A stretch of 17,887 nt of DNA. It comes from Acidobacteriota bacterium. GTDB taxonomy: Bacteria; Acidobacteriota; UBA4820; DSQY01. The position numbers were made by a program, and so were the translations under genes. Where the stretch lies: positions 1 through 17,887 of the forward strand of contig JBMFSH010000044.1 in the NCBI GenBank assembly GCA_049967655.1, in the 5' to 3' direction. The stretch's first letter is position 1, and every line of letters starts with the position of its first letter. Below, piece by piece: positions 1 to 7,000 of the stretch. The notes under the pieces are model-generated. The model was not told the origin of the DNA. It saw only the letters and a program-made list of their open reading frames with translations, and ran no database searches.

Positions 1-65
1 CCTCACTCACTCAGAGATCCTATGGCTGTAGGATAGCACAAGTGATGCTAACATTAAAGACCTGA

Positions 66-431
66 CCCCGTTTTCACACGGAGCCGCACGTGAAGGCCCA
101 CTTCTTCCTGAGCATGCTGGCCTATTACGTGGAGTGGCAGATGAGGCGGGACCTGGCCCCGATGCTCTTCGAGGACGAGGAGCTCCCCTCCGCCCGGTGG
201 ACGCGTGACCCGGTGGCACCGGCCCGGGCCTCGGAATCAGCAAGGGCGAAGAAAGCTGGCCGCCGAACCGAAGAAGGCCTCGAGGTCCACAGCTTCAACA
301 CGCTCCTCACCGCGCTCGCCACCCAATGCCGAAACACCTGCCGAACGAACAGCGACGGGGGCCCAACCTTCATCCGCCTGACGGACCCCACGCCCCTCCA
401 GTCGCGGGCCTGCCAACTCCTAGGCCTGTAG
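66..431 (+). pseudogene. C-terminal fragment of an IS1634-family (DDE) transposase, 5'-truncated
   Basis: Frame reads PRFHTEPHVKAHFFLSMLAYYVEWQMRRDLAPMLFEDE...RDPVAPARASESARAKK...VHSFNTLLTALATQCRNTCR...PTPLQSRACQLLGL*, matching the C-terminus I recognise for IS1634-family transposases. An in-frame TGA at 63-65 cuts it off upstream. Confidence 0.8.
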
Positions 432-514
432 CCAGAACCAGGAAACCGGAACCCTCCCCAAACCCACGCCCACTCAGCAAAAACTTAACAAACGCGGGGT
501 AAACCACGGGCTAG
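66..514 (+). mobile_element. Right-hand remnant of an IS1634-like insertion sequence; right end tentatively at CTAG 511-514
   Basis: Transposase C-terminus followed by an A/C-rich tail of about 80 nt ending ...GGGGTAAACCACGGGCTAG, after which the heptamer repeat begins. The left end is not in the window, so the boundary is inferred. Confidence 0.55.
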
Positions 515-519
515 GAACG

Positions 520-554
520 GTGGAGGGTGGAGAGTGGAGGGTGGAGGGTGGAGG
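520..554. repeat. Tandem heptamer repeat GTGGAG(G/A) x5
   Basis: GTGGAGG GTGGAGA GTGGAGG GTGGAGG GTGGAGG read directly. Complementary units GCTCCAT, CCTCCAC (590-603) and CCTCCAC (614-620) lie downstream. Confidence 0.9.
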
Positions 555-661
555 TCGTCCGCTGGTGCTCTCCGCGGTCCCGACTTCCTGCTCCATCCTC
601 CACTTACTCTGTGCCTCCACGTCTTTGTGGTGATCCCTTCTTTCCGAATTCCGTTTCCCCC

Positions 662-692
662 TGTGCTACCATGCTGTCTGCATCGAGGGAGG
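662..692 (+). promoter_or_regulatory. Putative extended -10 promoter and RBS for the leuB-like operon
   Basis: TGTG-C-TACCAT (662-672) fits TGnTAnnnT. GGGAGG lies just ahead of ATG 695. Confidence 0.45.
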
Positions 693-694
693 CC

Positions 695-1753
695 ATGGCG
701 AGCATCGCGGTGATCCCGGGAGACGGCATCGGCGCCGAGGTGACGGCGGAGGCCGTGCGCCTGCTGGAGCTCCTCCGCGGCGAGGGGCTCCCGCTGAGCT
801 GGCGCACCTTCGACTACTCCGCCGACCGCTACCTCCGAACCGGGGTGGCCCTGCCTCCCGGCGGCCGGGAGGAGCTCGCCTCCTTCGACGCCATCTTCCT
901 GGGCGCCCTCGGGGACCCGCGGGTTCCGGACATGGCCCACGCCCGCGAAATCCTCCTGGAGACCCGCTTCCGCCTCGACCTCTACGTCAACGTGCGCCCC
1001 GTGCGCCTGCTCCACGCCTCCCACACGCCCCTGAAGGACCGCGCCGAGCGGGACATCGACTTCGTGATTTTCCGCGAGAACACGGAGGGGCCTTACGTGG
1101 GCGCCGGCGGCTTCCTGAAGCCCGGCACGCCGGACGAGGTGGCCATCCAGGAGTGGGTGGCCACGCGCAAGGGGGTGGAGCGCATCCTGCGCCAGGCCTT
1201 CGAGGCCGCCCGCCGCCGGCCCCGGCGCCGGCTGGTGATGGTGGACAAGCACAATGCCCTGCGTTTCGCCTCCGAGATCTGGCATCGGCTCTTCCGGGAG
1301 GTGGCGAAGGAGTACCCGGACGTGGAGGCCCGCCACCTCTTCGCCGACACCGCCTGCCTTCTGCTCGTCCAGGACCCCTCTCAGTTCGAGGTGATCGTGA
1401 CCGACAACCTCTTCGGCGACCTGCTCTCGGACCTGGGGGCCGCGCTCGCCGGCGGCCTGGGCCTCGCCCCTTCGGCCAACCTGAATCCCCAGACCGGCAG
1501 GGGGCTCTTCGAACCCGTGCACGGCTCCGCCCCCGGCATCGCCGGCACCGGGCGGGCCAATCCCATGGCGGCCCTCCTCACCGCCGCCATGATGCTGGAG
1601 TTCCTGGGCCAAGGCGAGGCCGCCGCCCGCGTGGAGCGCGCCGTGAAGGACTGCATCGCCGAGGGCCTCGTGACCCCGGACCTGGGCGGCGGCCTCACCA
1701 CCCGCGCGGTGGGCCAGGCCGTGCTGGACCGCCTCTCGAAGGGAGCCGCCTGA
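695..1753 (+). CDS. leuB: Isocitrate/isopropylmalate dehydrogenase family protein (3-isopropylmalate dehydrogenase-like), 352 aa
   Basis: [75 protein letters not shown] motifs. Start placed at ATG 695 after the RBS, not GTG 527 in the repeat. Exact substrate uncertain. Confidence 0.88.
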   Translation: MASIAVIPGDGIGAEVTAEAVRLLELLRGEGLPLSWRTFDYSADRYLRTGVALPPGGREELASFDAIFLGALGDPRVPDMAHAREILLETRFRLDLYVNVRPVRLLHASHTPLKDRAERDIDFVIFRENTEGPYVGAGGFLKPGTPDEVAIQEWVATRKGVERILRQAFEAARRRPRRRLVMVDKHNALRFASEIWHRLFREVAKEYPDVEARHLFADTACLLLVQDPSQFEVIVTDNLFGDLLSDLGAALAGGLGLAPSANLNPQTGRGLFEPVHGSAPGIAGTGRANPMAALLTAAMMLEFLGQGEAAARVERAVKDCIAEGLVTPDLGGGLTTRAVGQAVLDRLSKGAA

Positions 1754-3015
1754 TGGGCATGACGCTCGCCGAGAAGATCCTGGCCCGAGCCGCGGGCCTG
1801 CGCACCGTCTGTGCCGGGGAGCTCGTGACCTGCGCCGTGGACAAGATCATGGCCACGGACATCACGGCCCCTCTCAGCATCGAGGTCTTCCGCCGCATGG
1901 GGGCCACCCGCGTTCAAGACCCGGAGGCCTGCATCCTCATCAACGACCACTTCGTGCCCGCCAAGGACATCCGCTCCGCCGACTTCGCGAGGGCCATGCG
2001 GGAGTTCGCGAGGGAGCAGGGCATCCGGCGCTACTTCGAGGTGGGCCGCTCGGGGATCTGCCACGTGCTCGTGGCCGAGAAGGGGCTCGTCTCTCCGGGC
2101 GAGCTCTTCGTGGGCGCCGACTCCCACACCTGCACCGCGGGGGCGCTGGGCGCCTTCGCCACGGGTGTCGGCAGCACGGACCTGGCCGCCGCTTGGGCGC
2201 TCAAGGAGCTCTGGTTCAAGGTGCCGCCCACCCTGCGCGTGGAGCTGCGCGGCGCCTTCCGCCCGCACGTCACGAGCAAGGACGCGGTCCTCAGGCTCAT
2301 CGGGGAGCTGGGGGTGGAGGGGGCTCGCTATCAGGCCATCGAGTTCCACGGCGAGGCGCTCGCCGCCATGCCCATGCACGCCCGGTTGACCCTCTGCAAC
2401 ATGGCCGTGGAGGCGGGTGCCAAGGCCGGCATGATCCCCTGCGACGAGATCACCGCCGCCTACGTCACCGCGCACGGAGGCAGCGTGGACCAGGCGGTCG
2501 CGCCCGACTCCGATGCCTCCTACTCGGCCGCTCTCGCCATCGACCTCTCCACCCTGGACCCGCAGGTGGCCGAGCCCTTCATGCCCAGCAACATCCGGCC
2601 CGTGGGGGACTTCCGGGGCCTGCGCGTGGACCAGGTCTTCATCGGCTCCTGCACCAACGGCTACCTGGAGGACCTGCGCGCCGCGGCCGGCATCCTCAGG
2701 GGCAGGAAGGTGGCCGACGGGGTCCGCCTCATCGTCACCCCCGCCACCCAATCCATCTACCTGGAGGCCGTGCGGGAGGGCATCGTGGCCGACCTCGTGG
2801 AGGCCGGAGCCGCCGTGACCACGCCCACCTGCGGCGCCTGCCTGGGCGGCCACATGGGCGTGCTCGGCAGGGATGAGGTGGCCCTGGCCACCACCAACCG
2901 GAACTTCCGCGGCCGCATGGGCGACCTCTCCGCTCGCGTCTACCTCGCCAATCCCGCGGTGGCCGCCGCCACCGCCGTCACGGGGACCATCATCCATCCG
3001 GAGGAGCTACCGTGA
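1753..3015 (+). CDS. leuC: 3-isopropylmalate dehydratase / homoaconitase large subunit (LeuC type 2 / HacA-like), 420 aa
   Basis: [11 protein letters not shown] start overlapping the upstream stop (TGATG); [49 protein letters not shown] and [11 protein letters not shown], including the three [4Fe-4S] cysteines. Confidence 0.92.
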   Translation: MGMTLAEKILARAAGLRTVCAGELVTCAVDKIMATDITAPLSIEVFRRMGATRVQDPEACILINDHFVPAKDIRSADFARAMREFAREQGIRRYFEVGRSGICHVLVAEKGLVSPGELFVGADSHTCTAGALGAFATGVGSTDLAAAWALKELWFKVPPTLRVELRGAFRPHVTSKDAVLRLIGELGVEGARYQAIEFHGEALAAMPMHARLTLCNMAVEAGAKAGMIPCDEITAAYVTAHGGSVDQAVAPDSDASYSAALAIDLSTLDPQVAEPFMPSNIRPVGDFRGLRVDQVFIGSCTNGYLEDLRAAAGILRGRKVADGVRLIVTPATQSIYLEAVREGIVADLVEAGAAVTTPTCGACLGGHMGVLGRDEVALATTNRNFRGRMGDLSARVYLANPAVAAATAVTGTIIHPEELP

Positions 3016-3530
3016 GAGAAGGGACGATCCTGCGAGGGCGGGCCTGGCTCTTCGGAGACCACGTAGACACGGACGTGATCATCCCCGTCCGCTACTGCAA
3101 CATGTTCCGCAAGGAGGAGCTGGGGCCGCACGCCATGGCCGGCGCCGACCCAGAGTTCGCCTCCAGGATCGCACCGGGCGATTTCATCGTGGCCGGCACC
3201 AACTTCGGCTGCGGCTCCAGCCGCGAGGCCGCCCCCGTGGCCCTCCTGGGGGCGGGCGTGGGCGCCGTGGTGGCGGCCTCCTTCGGCCGCATCTTCTTCC
3301 GCAACGCCGTCAACGTGGGGCTGCCAATCTTCGAGTCGCCCGAGGCCTCGGCCGCCTGCCGGGCGGGGGACCAGCTCGCCGTCGACGCGGGTCTGGGGGT
3401 CATCCGCGACGAGACCCTCGGCCTCTCCTTCACCTTCGCCCCGTACTCCGCGCAGGTGGCCGAGATCATCGCCGCCGGCGGCCTCGTCCCCTACGTCCGC
3501 CGCCGCCTCGGCCTGCCCGCTGAGGGGTGA
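3012..3530 (+). CDS. leuD: 3-isopropylmalate dehydratase / homoaconitase small subunit (LeuD type 2 / HacB-like), 172 aa
   Basis: GDHVDTDVIIP, AGTNFGCGSSREAAP, SFGRIFFRNAVNVGLP, IIAAGGL. GTGA overlap with the leuC stop. Confidence 0.9.
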   Translation: MREGTILRGRAWLFGDHVDTDVIIPVRYCNMFRKEELGPHAMAGADPEFASRIAPGDFIVAGTNFGCGSSREAAPVALLGAGVGAVVAASFGRIFFRNAVNVGLPIFESPEASAACRAGDQLAVDAGLGVIRDETLGLSFTFAPYSAQVAEIIAAGGLVPYVRRRLGLPAEG

Positions 3531-3538
3531 AGCCGGGC

Positions 3539-4795
3539 TCAGGTCTTCCCGGCGCCCCGGTCGGCCCTCTCGCCGGTGGTGCATCCCGCCGCGGCTCCGC
3601 ACAGCTCATGCTCCCTGAGCTCGGCCAGGGCGGCCGCGATTCGCCGGATCCCCTCGGCGATGAGCCCGGGCGGCATGTAAGAAAAATTGAGGCGCATGGT
3701 GTTCGGGTGGCCGCCGTTGGGGAAGAAGGCCTCCCCGGGCACGAAGGCCACGTCCCGTGCGAGACAGCGCCGAAGAAGCTCCCGGGCGTCCACCCCCTCG
3801 GGCAGCTCGACCCAGAGGAAGAGCCCGCCCGCTGGCCGCGTGACGCGGATCTCTCTGGGCATCTCCGCCTCGATGGCCGACAGCATGGCGTCGCGCCGCT
3901 CCCGGTAGACCTCCCGGATGCGCCGCACGTCCTCGTCCAGGTCGTAGCGCTCCATGTAGAGGGAGACCATCATCTGACTCAGGGTGGAGGTGTGCAGGTC
4001 GGTGCCCTGCTTGAGGATGACGTACTTCTCGTAGAGGGGCGGCTCGGCCGCGAGCCACGCCAGGCGGAGGCCGGGGCAGAAGATCTTGGAGAAGGTGCCC
4101 AGAGAGACCACCAACCCGCGCTTATCAAAGCTCTTCATGGCTGGAAGCGCCTCCCCCTCGAAGCGGAGCTCGCCGTAGGGGTTGTCCTCGATCACGGGGA
4201 TCCCCCGGCGGTCGATCACCTCCATGAAGCGGCGGCGCCGATCGAGCGACCAGGTCCGCCCCGAGGGGTTCTGGAAGTTGGGCACCACGTAGACCAGCTT
4301 GGGCCGCCGGCAGGCGTCGAGTTTTTCCTCCAGCGCGGCGATGTCCATGCCCTCATCGTCCGTGGGCACCTCCACCCACCTGGGGCGGAAGACATTCCAC
4401 GCGCCGATGACGCTGAGGTAGGTCGGGCTCTCGCAGAGCACCTCGTCCCCCTCGTCCAGGAACAGCTTCCCCGTGAGATCGAGGCCCTGCTGGGAGCCGG
4501 CCGTGACGAGGATCTGGTCGGCGGTGAAGCGCGTCTCCGAGCGGCCGTTGAGCCTCTCGGCGATCTGCCGCCGCAGGGGCGGATGGCCCTCCGTCGTGGA
4601 GTACTGCAGGGCCCTCGCGCCGTCCTTGGAGAGGATCTCGTGCGCGATGGCCGCGAGCCGCTCGCCCGGGAAGAACTCGGGTGCCGGCATCCCCCCGCCG
4701 AAGGAGATGACCTCCGGCCGCTGGGTAACCTTGAGCAGCTCCCTCACGTCCGAGGCCTTCAGGATGTCCATCCGTTGCGCCAATTGAATTCCCAT
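3539..4795 (-). CDS. PLP-dependent class I/II aminotransferase (LysN / 2-aminoadipate-aromatic transaminase-like, no HTH), 418 aa
   Basis: MGIQLAQRM...VISFGGGMPAPE, ALQYSTTEG, TAGSQQGLDL, PNFQNPSG, EDNPYGEL, GTFSKIFCPGLRLAW (PLP lysine), MRLNFS. GGAG RBS before ATG 4795. Confidence 0.92.
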   Translation of the reverse strand: MGIQLAQRMDILKASDVRELLKVTQRPEVISFGGGMPAPEFFPGERLAAIAHEILSKDGARALQYSTTEGHPPLRRQIAERLNGRSETRFTADQILVTAGSQQGLDLTGKLFLDEGDEVLCESPTYLSVIGAWNVFRPRWVEVPTDDEGMDIAALEEKLDACRRPKLVYVVPNFQNPSGRTWSLDRRRRFMEVIDRRGIPVIEDNPYGELRFEGEALPAMKSFDKRGLVVSLGTFSKIFCPGLRLAWLAAEPPLYEKYVILKQGTDLHTSTLSQMMVSLYMERYDLDEDVRRIREVYRERRDAMLSAIEAEMPREIRVTRPAGGLFLWVELPEGVDARELLRRCLARDVAFVPGEAFFPNGGHPNTMRLNFSYMPPGLIAEGIRRIAAALAELREHELCGAAAGCTTGERADRGAGKT

Positions 4796-4833
4796 GGGAT
4801 CTCCCCGGCGCCGGCGCGAACCGGCGCGTTCGT

Positions 4834-6342
4834 TCAGACGATGGGCGGCGTCCCGCCGGCGGGACGCTCGTCCGAGCGGGGCCCGGCGGCCGCCGCGCGA
4901 TAGGCCCGCGCGAGCCGGGAGACCCCCTCCCGGATCTGATCGGGCGCGCAGTAGGTGAAATTCAGACGGAGGTGGTTCCGTCCGGGTTCGCCCACGAAGG
5001 AGGCGTTCCCCGGGAGGAAGGCCACGTGCTCCTCGGCCGCCTTCTGCAGCAGGGCCGACTGGGAGACCCTTTCCGGGAAGGAGCACCAGACGTAGAAGCC
5101 CCCCTCCGGACGGCTCCACGTGAGACCCTCCGGCGCCTCCGCCTGGAGGGCCTCGACCATGGCGTCTCGCCGCCGCGCGTACTCGGCCCGCACCGCCTCC
5201 AGGTGCCGCGAGAAGAGCCCCTCCGCGATGAAGCGCTCCACCATCCACTGGCCGAGCGTGCTGGAATGCAGGTCCACGAGCTGTTTGGTGAGGGCGAGCT
5301 GCCGCACGGCCTGCCTCGGAGCCGCGATCCAGCCGAGCCTCAGGCCCGGGAAGAGGATCTTGGAGAAAGAGCTGACGTAGAGAACGTATCCGTTTCTGTC
5401 TAGCGCCTTCAGCGAGGGCACCGCATCGCCCCCGTAGCGCAGGTCCGAGTAAGGGTCGTCCTCCAGGACCGGCACCTGGTAGCGGTAGGCCAGCTCCAGC
5501 AGGCGCCGCCTCCGCTCCAGGGAGAGCACGCTCCCAGAAGGGTTCTGGAAGGTCGGCAGGGTGTAGATGAGCTTGGGACGCTGACGGGCCAGGAGATTCT
5601 CCAGAAGGTCCGTCCGCAGACCCTCGCCGTCGCACGGCACGCCCAGCAGCCGCGCCTGGGCTCCCCGGAAGGTCGCCAGCGCGCCGAAGTAGGAGGGCTC
5701 CTCCACCGCCACGGCATCCCCAGGCGCCAGGTAGGTGCGCGCCACCAGGTCGAGGGCCTGCTGGGAGCCGGAGGTGATGAGCACCTCCGCGGCCCCGCAC
5801 TGGATGCCGCGGGAGACCATGTGGCGGCAGACGGCTTCCCGGAAGGCGGTCACCCCCTCCGTCGGGCTGTGGAGGAAGATCCCGGCCCCGCGTTTCGCCA
5901 ACAGCTGTCGGTGGATGCGGCCCATGGCCTCGATGGGGAGCAGCTCGGGGGCCGGCAGCCCCACGGCGAACGAGATGACGTCCTTCCGCTCCGTGAGGGC
6001 CAGGAGGTCGCGCACCAGCGGGTCGGGCTCCCGGGCGGCGCCGTCGCGCGCCAGCTGCAACCACGGGAGAGGCTGAACCGGCCCCGCTCCGGGCTCCTCG
6101 TGGCGGCGGGCGAGGACCGACGTGCCCCGCCCCACGTGCGCCGCCACGAAGCCGTCCGCCTTGAGCTGCTGGTAGGCGTTCACCACGGTCGTGCGGTTGA
6201 CGCCCAGAGAATCGGCCAGCCGCCGCTCCGGGGGCAGAAGAAAGCCGTCGGGGAGACGGCCGGCCAGGATCAGACCCTGGATCGCCCCGCTGATCTGGAG
6301 GTAGAGCGGCACCGAGCTCTTGCGGTTGATGCGCAGATCCAT
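4834..6342 (-). CDS. MocR/GabR-family transcriptional regulator (GntR wHTH plus aminotransferase-like domain), 502 aa
   Basis: N-terminal PLYLQI...LPPERRLADSLGVNRTTVVNAYQQLKADG wHTH; C-terminal TSGSQQALDL, PTFQNPSG, EDDPY, SFSKILFPGLRLGW, LRLNF. Start at 6342 (MDLRINRKSSVPLY) preferred over 6375. Confidence 0.93.
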   Translation of the reverse strand: MDLRINRKSSVPLYLQISGAIQGLILAGRLPDGFLLPPERRLADSLGVNRTTVVNAYQQLKADGFVAAHVGRGTSVLARRHEEPGAGPVQPLPWLQLARDGAAREPDPLVRDLLALTERKDVISFAVGLPAPELLPIEAMGRIHRQLLAKRGAGIFLHSPTEGVTAFREAVCRHMVSRGIQCGAAEVLITSGSQQALDLVARTYLAPGDAVAVEEPSYFGALATFRGAQARLLGVPCDGEGLRTDLLENLLARQRPKLIYTLPTFQNPSGSVLSLERRRRLLELAYRYQVPVLEDDPYSDLRYGGDAVPSLKALDRNGYVLYVSSFSKILFPGLRLGWIAAPRQAVRQLALTKQLVDLHSSTLGQWMVERFIAEGLFSRHLEAVRAEYARRRDAMVEALQAEAPEGLTWSRPEGGFYVWCSFPERVSQSALLQKAAEEHVAFLPGNASFVGEPGRNHLRLNFTYCAPDQIREGVSRLARAYRAAAAGPRSDERPAGGTPPIV

Positions 6343-6361
6343 CGAGGCCCCCTGGCCACCC

Positions 6362-6462
6362 ATTGGCCCATCCAATGACCATATTGGACGGCCTCACTCA
6401 GAATGTATGGCCGGGACTGCCGTCGTCAAGAGCCAATCTCGCACGATTGGACCCATCCAATT
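6362..6462 (-). promoter_or_regulatory. Putative sigma70 promoter of the MocR gene flanked by ATTGG/CCAAT operator-like boxes
   Basis: Minus strand TTGACG (6429-6424) - 16 nt - TACATT (6407-6402). ATTGGCCCATCCAAT at 6362-6376 and ATTGGACCCATCCAAT at 6446-6461, with extra half-sites at 6383-6387 and 6433-6437. Confidence 0.6.
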
Positions 6463-6521
6463 CGATGGAGAGCCGGCCACGGGCCTTCCCACCCAATTTC
6501 CGCGATGCAATTCCCGCCAGT

Positions 6522-6545
6522 GTGGGAGCCGTCGCCTGACGGCGA
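6522..6545 (+). repeat. REP-like palindrome (GTRG type)
   Basis: GTGG-GA-GCCGTC-GCCT-GACGGC-GA: a GTGG tetranucleotide, then a perfect 6-bp stem and a GA tail. Confidence 0.55.
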
Positions 6546-6555
6546 CTTCCCCATC

Positions 6556-6595
6556 GCGATTAAGCGAGTAAGGGAATAAGCAATTAAGCGATTAA
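6556..6595. repeat. Tandem imperfect octamer repeat, consensus GCGATTAA x5
   Basis: GCGATTAA GCGAGTAA GGGAATAA GCAATTAA GCGATTAA read directly. Confidence 0.85.
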
Positions 6596-7000
6596 GCGGG
6601 ACGGGATGAAAGGCCAGCCCCTTTCAGGTAAGCTGCCCTAGCACGCGGTCCATGACTGCATAAGCCTTGCCCCACCTTCCCCTCCTCCATCGCGGGATTG
6701 GGGTCCCATCTTCCCCTTGACAACGGTTTCGCCCGGCGATCATCCTACCCTCTCAACAGAGCCCGAGTGCGCCGCCCCAGAAAAGCTGCTACAACCTTGC
6801 CGAGGGCGGCACCACACCAAACGACGCTGCACTGAAGCTTCGTCGCCCCATGGGGGCGAGAGCCCGCCAAAGAGGCCCTCCTGAAGGGAGGGGCCCCGGG
6901 GGCCAGTTGGGGCGAGGGCTCAAGGGTGGGTCGGCGTGAACTGAAGCAGCAGGAACGCAGGAGGCTGGGGAGCTTTCCTCGGCGGCAAAGGGGGTGTCTC

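Noticed and set aside
527..694. 56-aa N-terminal extension of LeuB
   Set aside because: It translates the heptamer and octamer repeats. RBS and family homology point to ATG 695.
1153..1752. N-terminal extension of the 620-aa LeuC ORF
   Set aside because: Shadow frame over leuB. LeuC homology starts at MGMTLAEK (1753), coupled by TGATG.
3539..6397. 952-aa ORF suggesting a giant aminotransferase fusion
   Set aside because: The first 534 codons are an Arg/Gly/Pro-rich alternative frame over the MocR gene. The real protein starts at ATG 4795 with its own RBS. Long stop-free shadow frames are expected at this GC content.
6556..6595. CRISPR array or iterons
   Set aside because: Units are 8 nt and contiguous with no spacers. 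No cas or rep gene is nearby.
6820..6960. Glycine or c-di-AMP riboswitch (GAGAG...CTGAAG elements)
   Set aside because: The conserved CTCTCAGG and other core segments are missing or out of order. Kept only as an unassigned structured leader.
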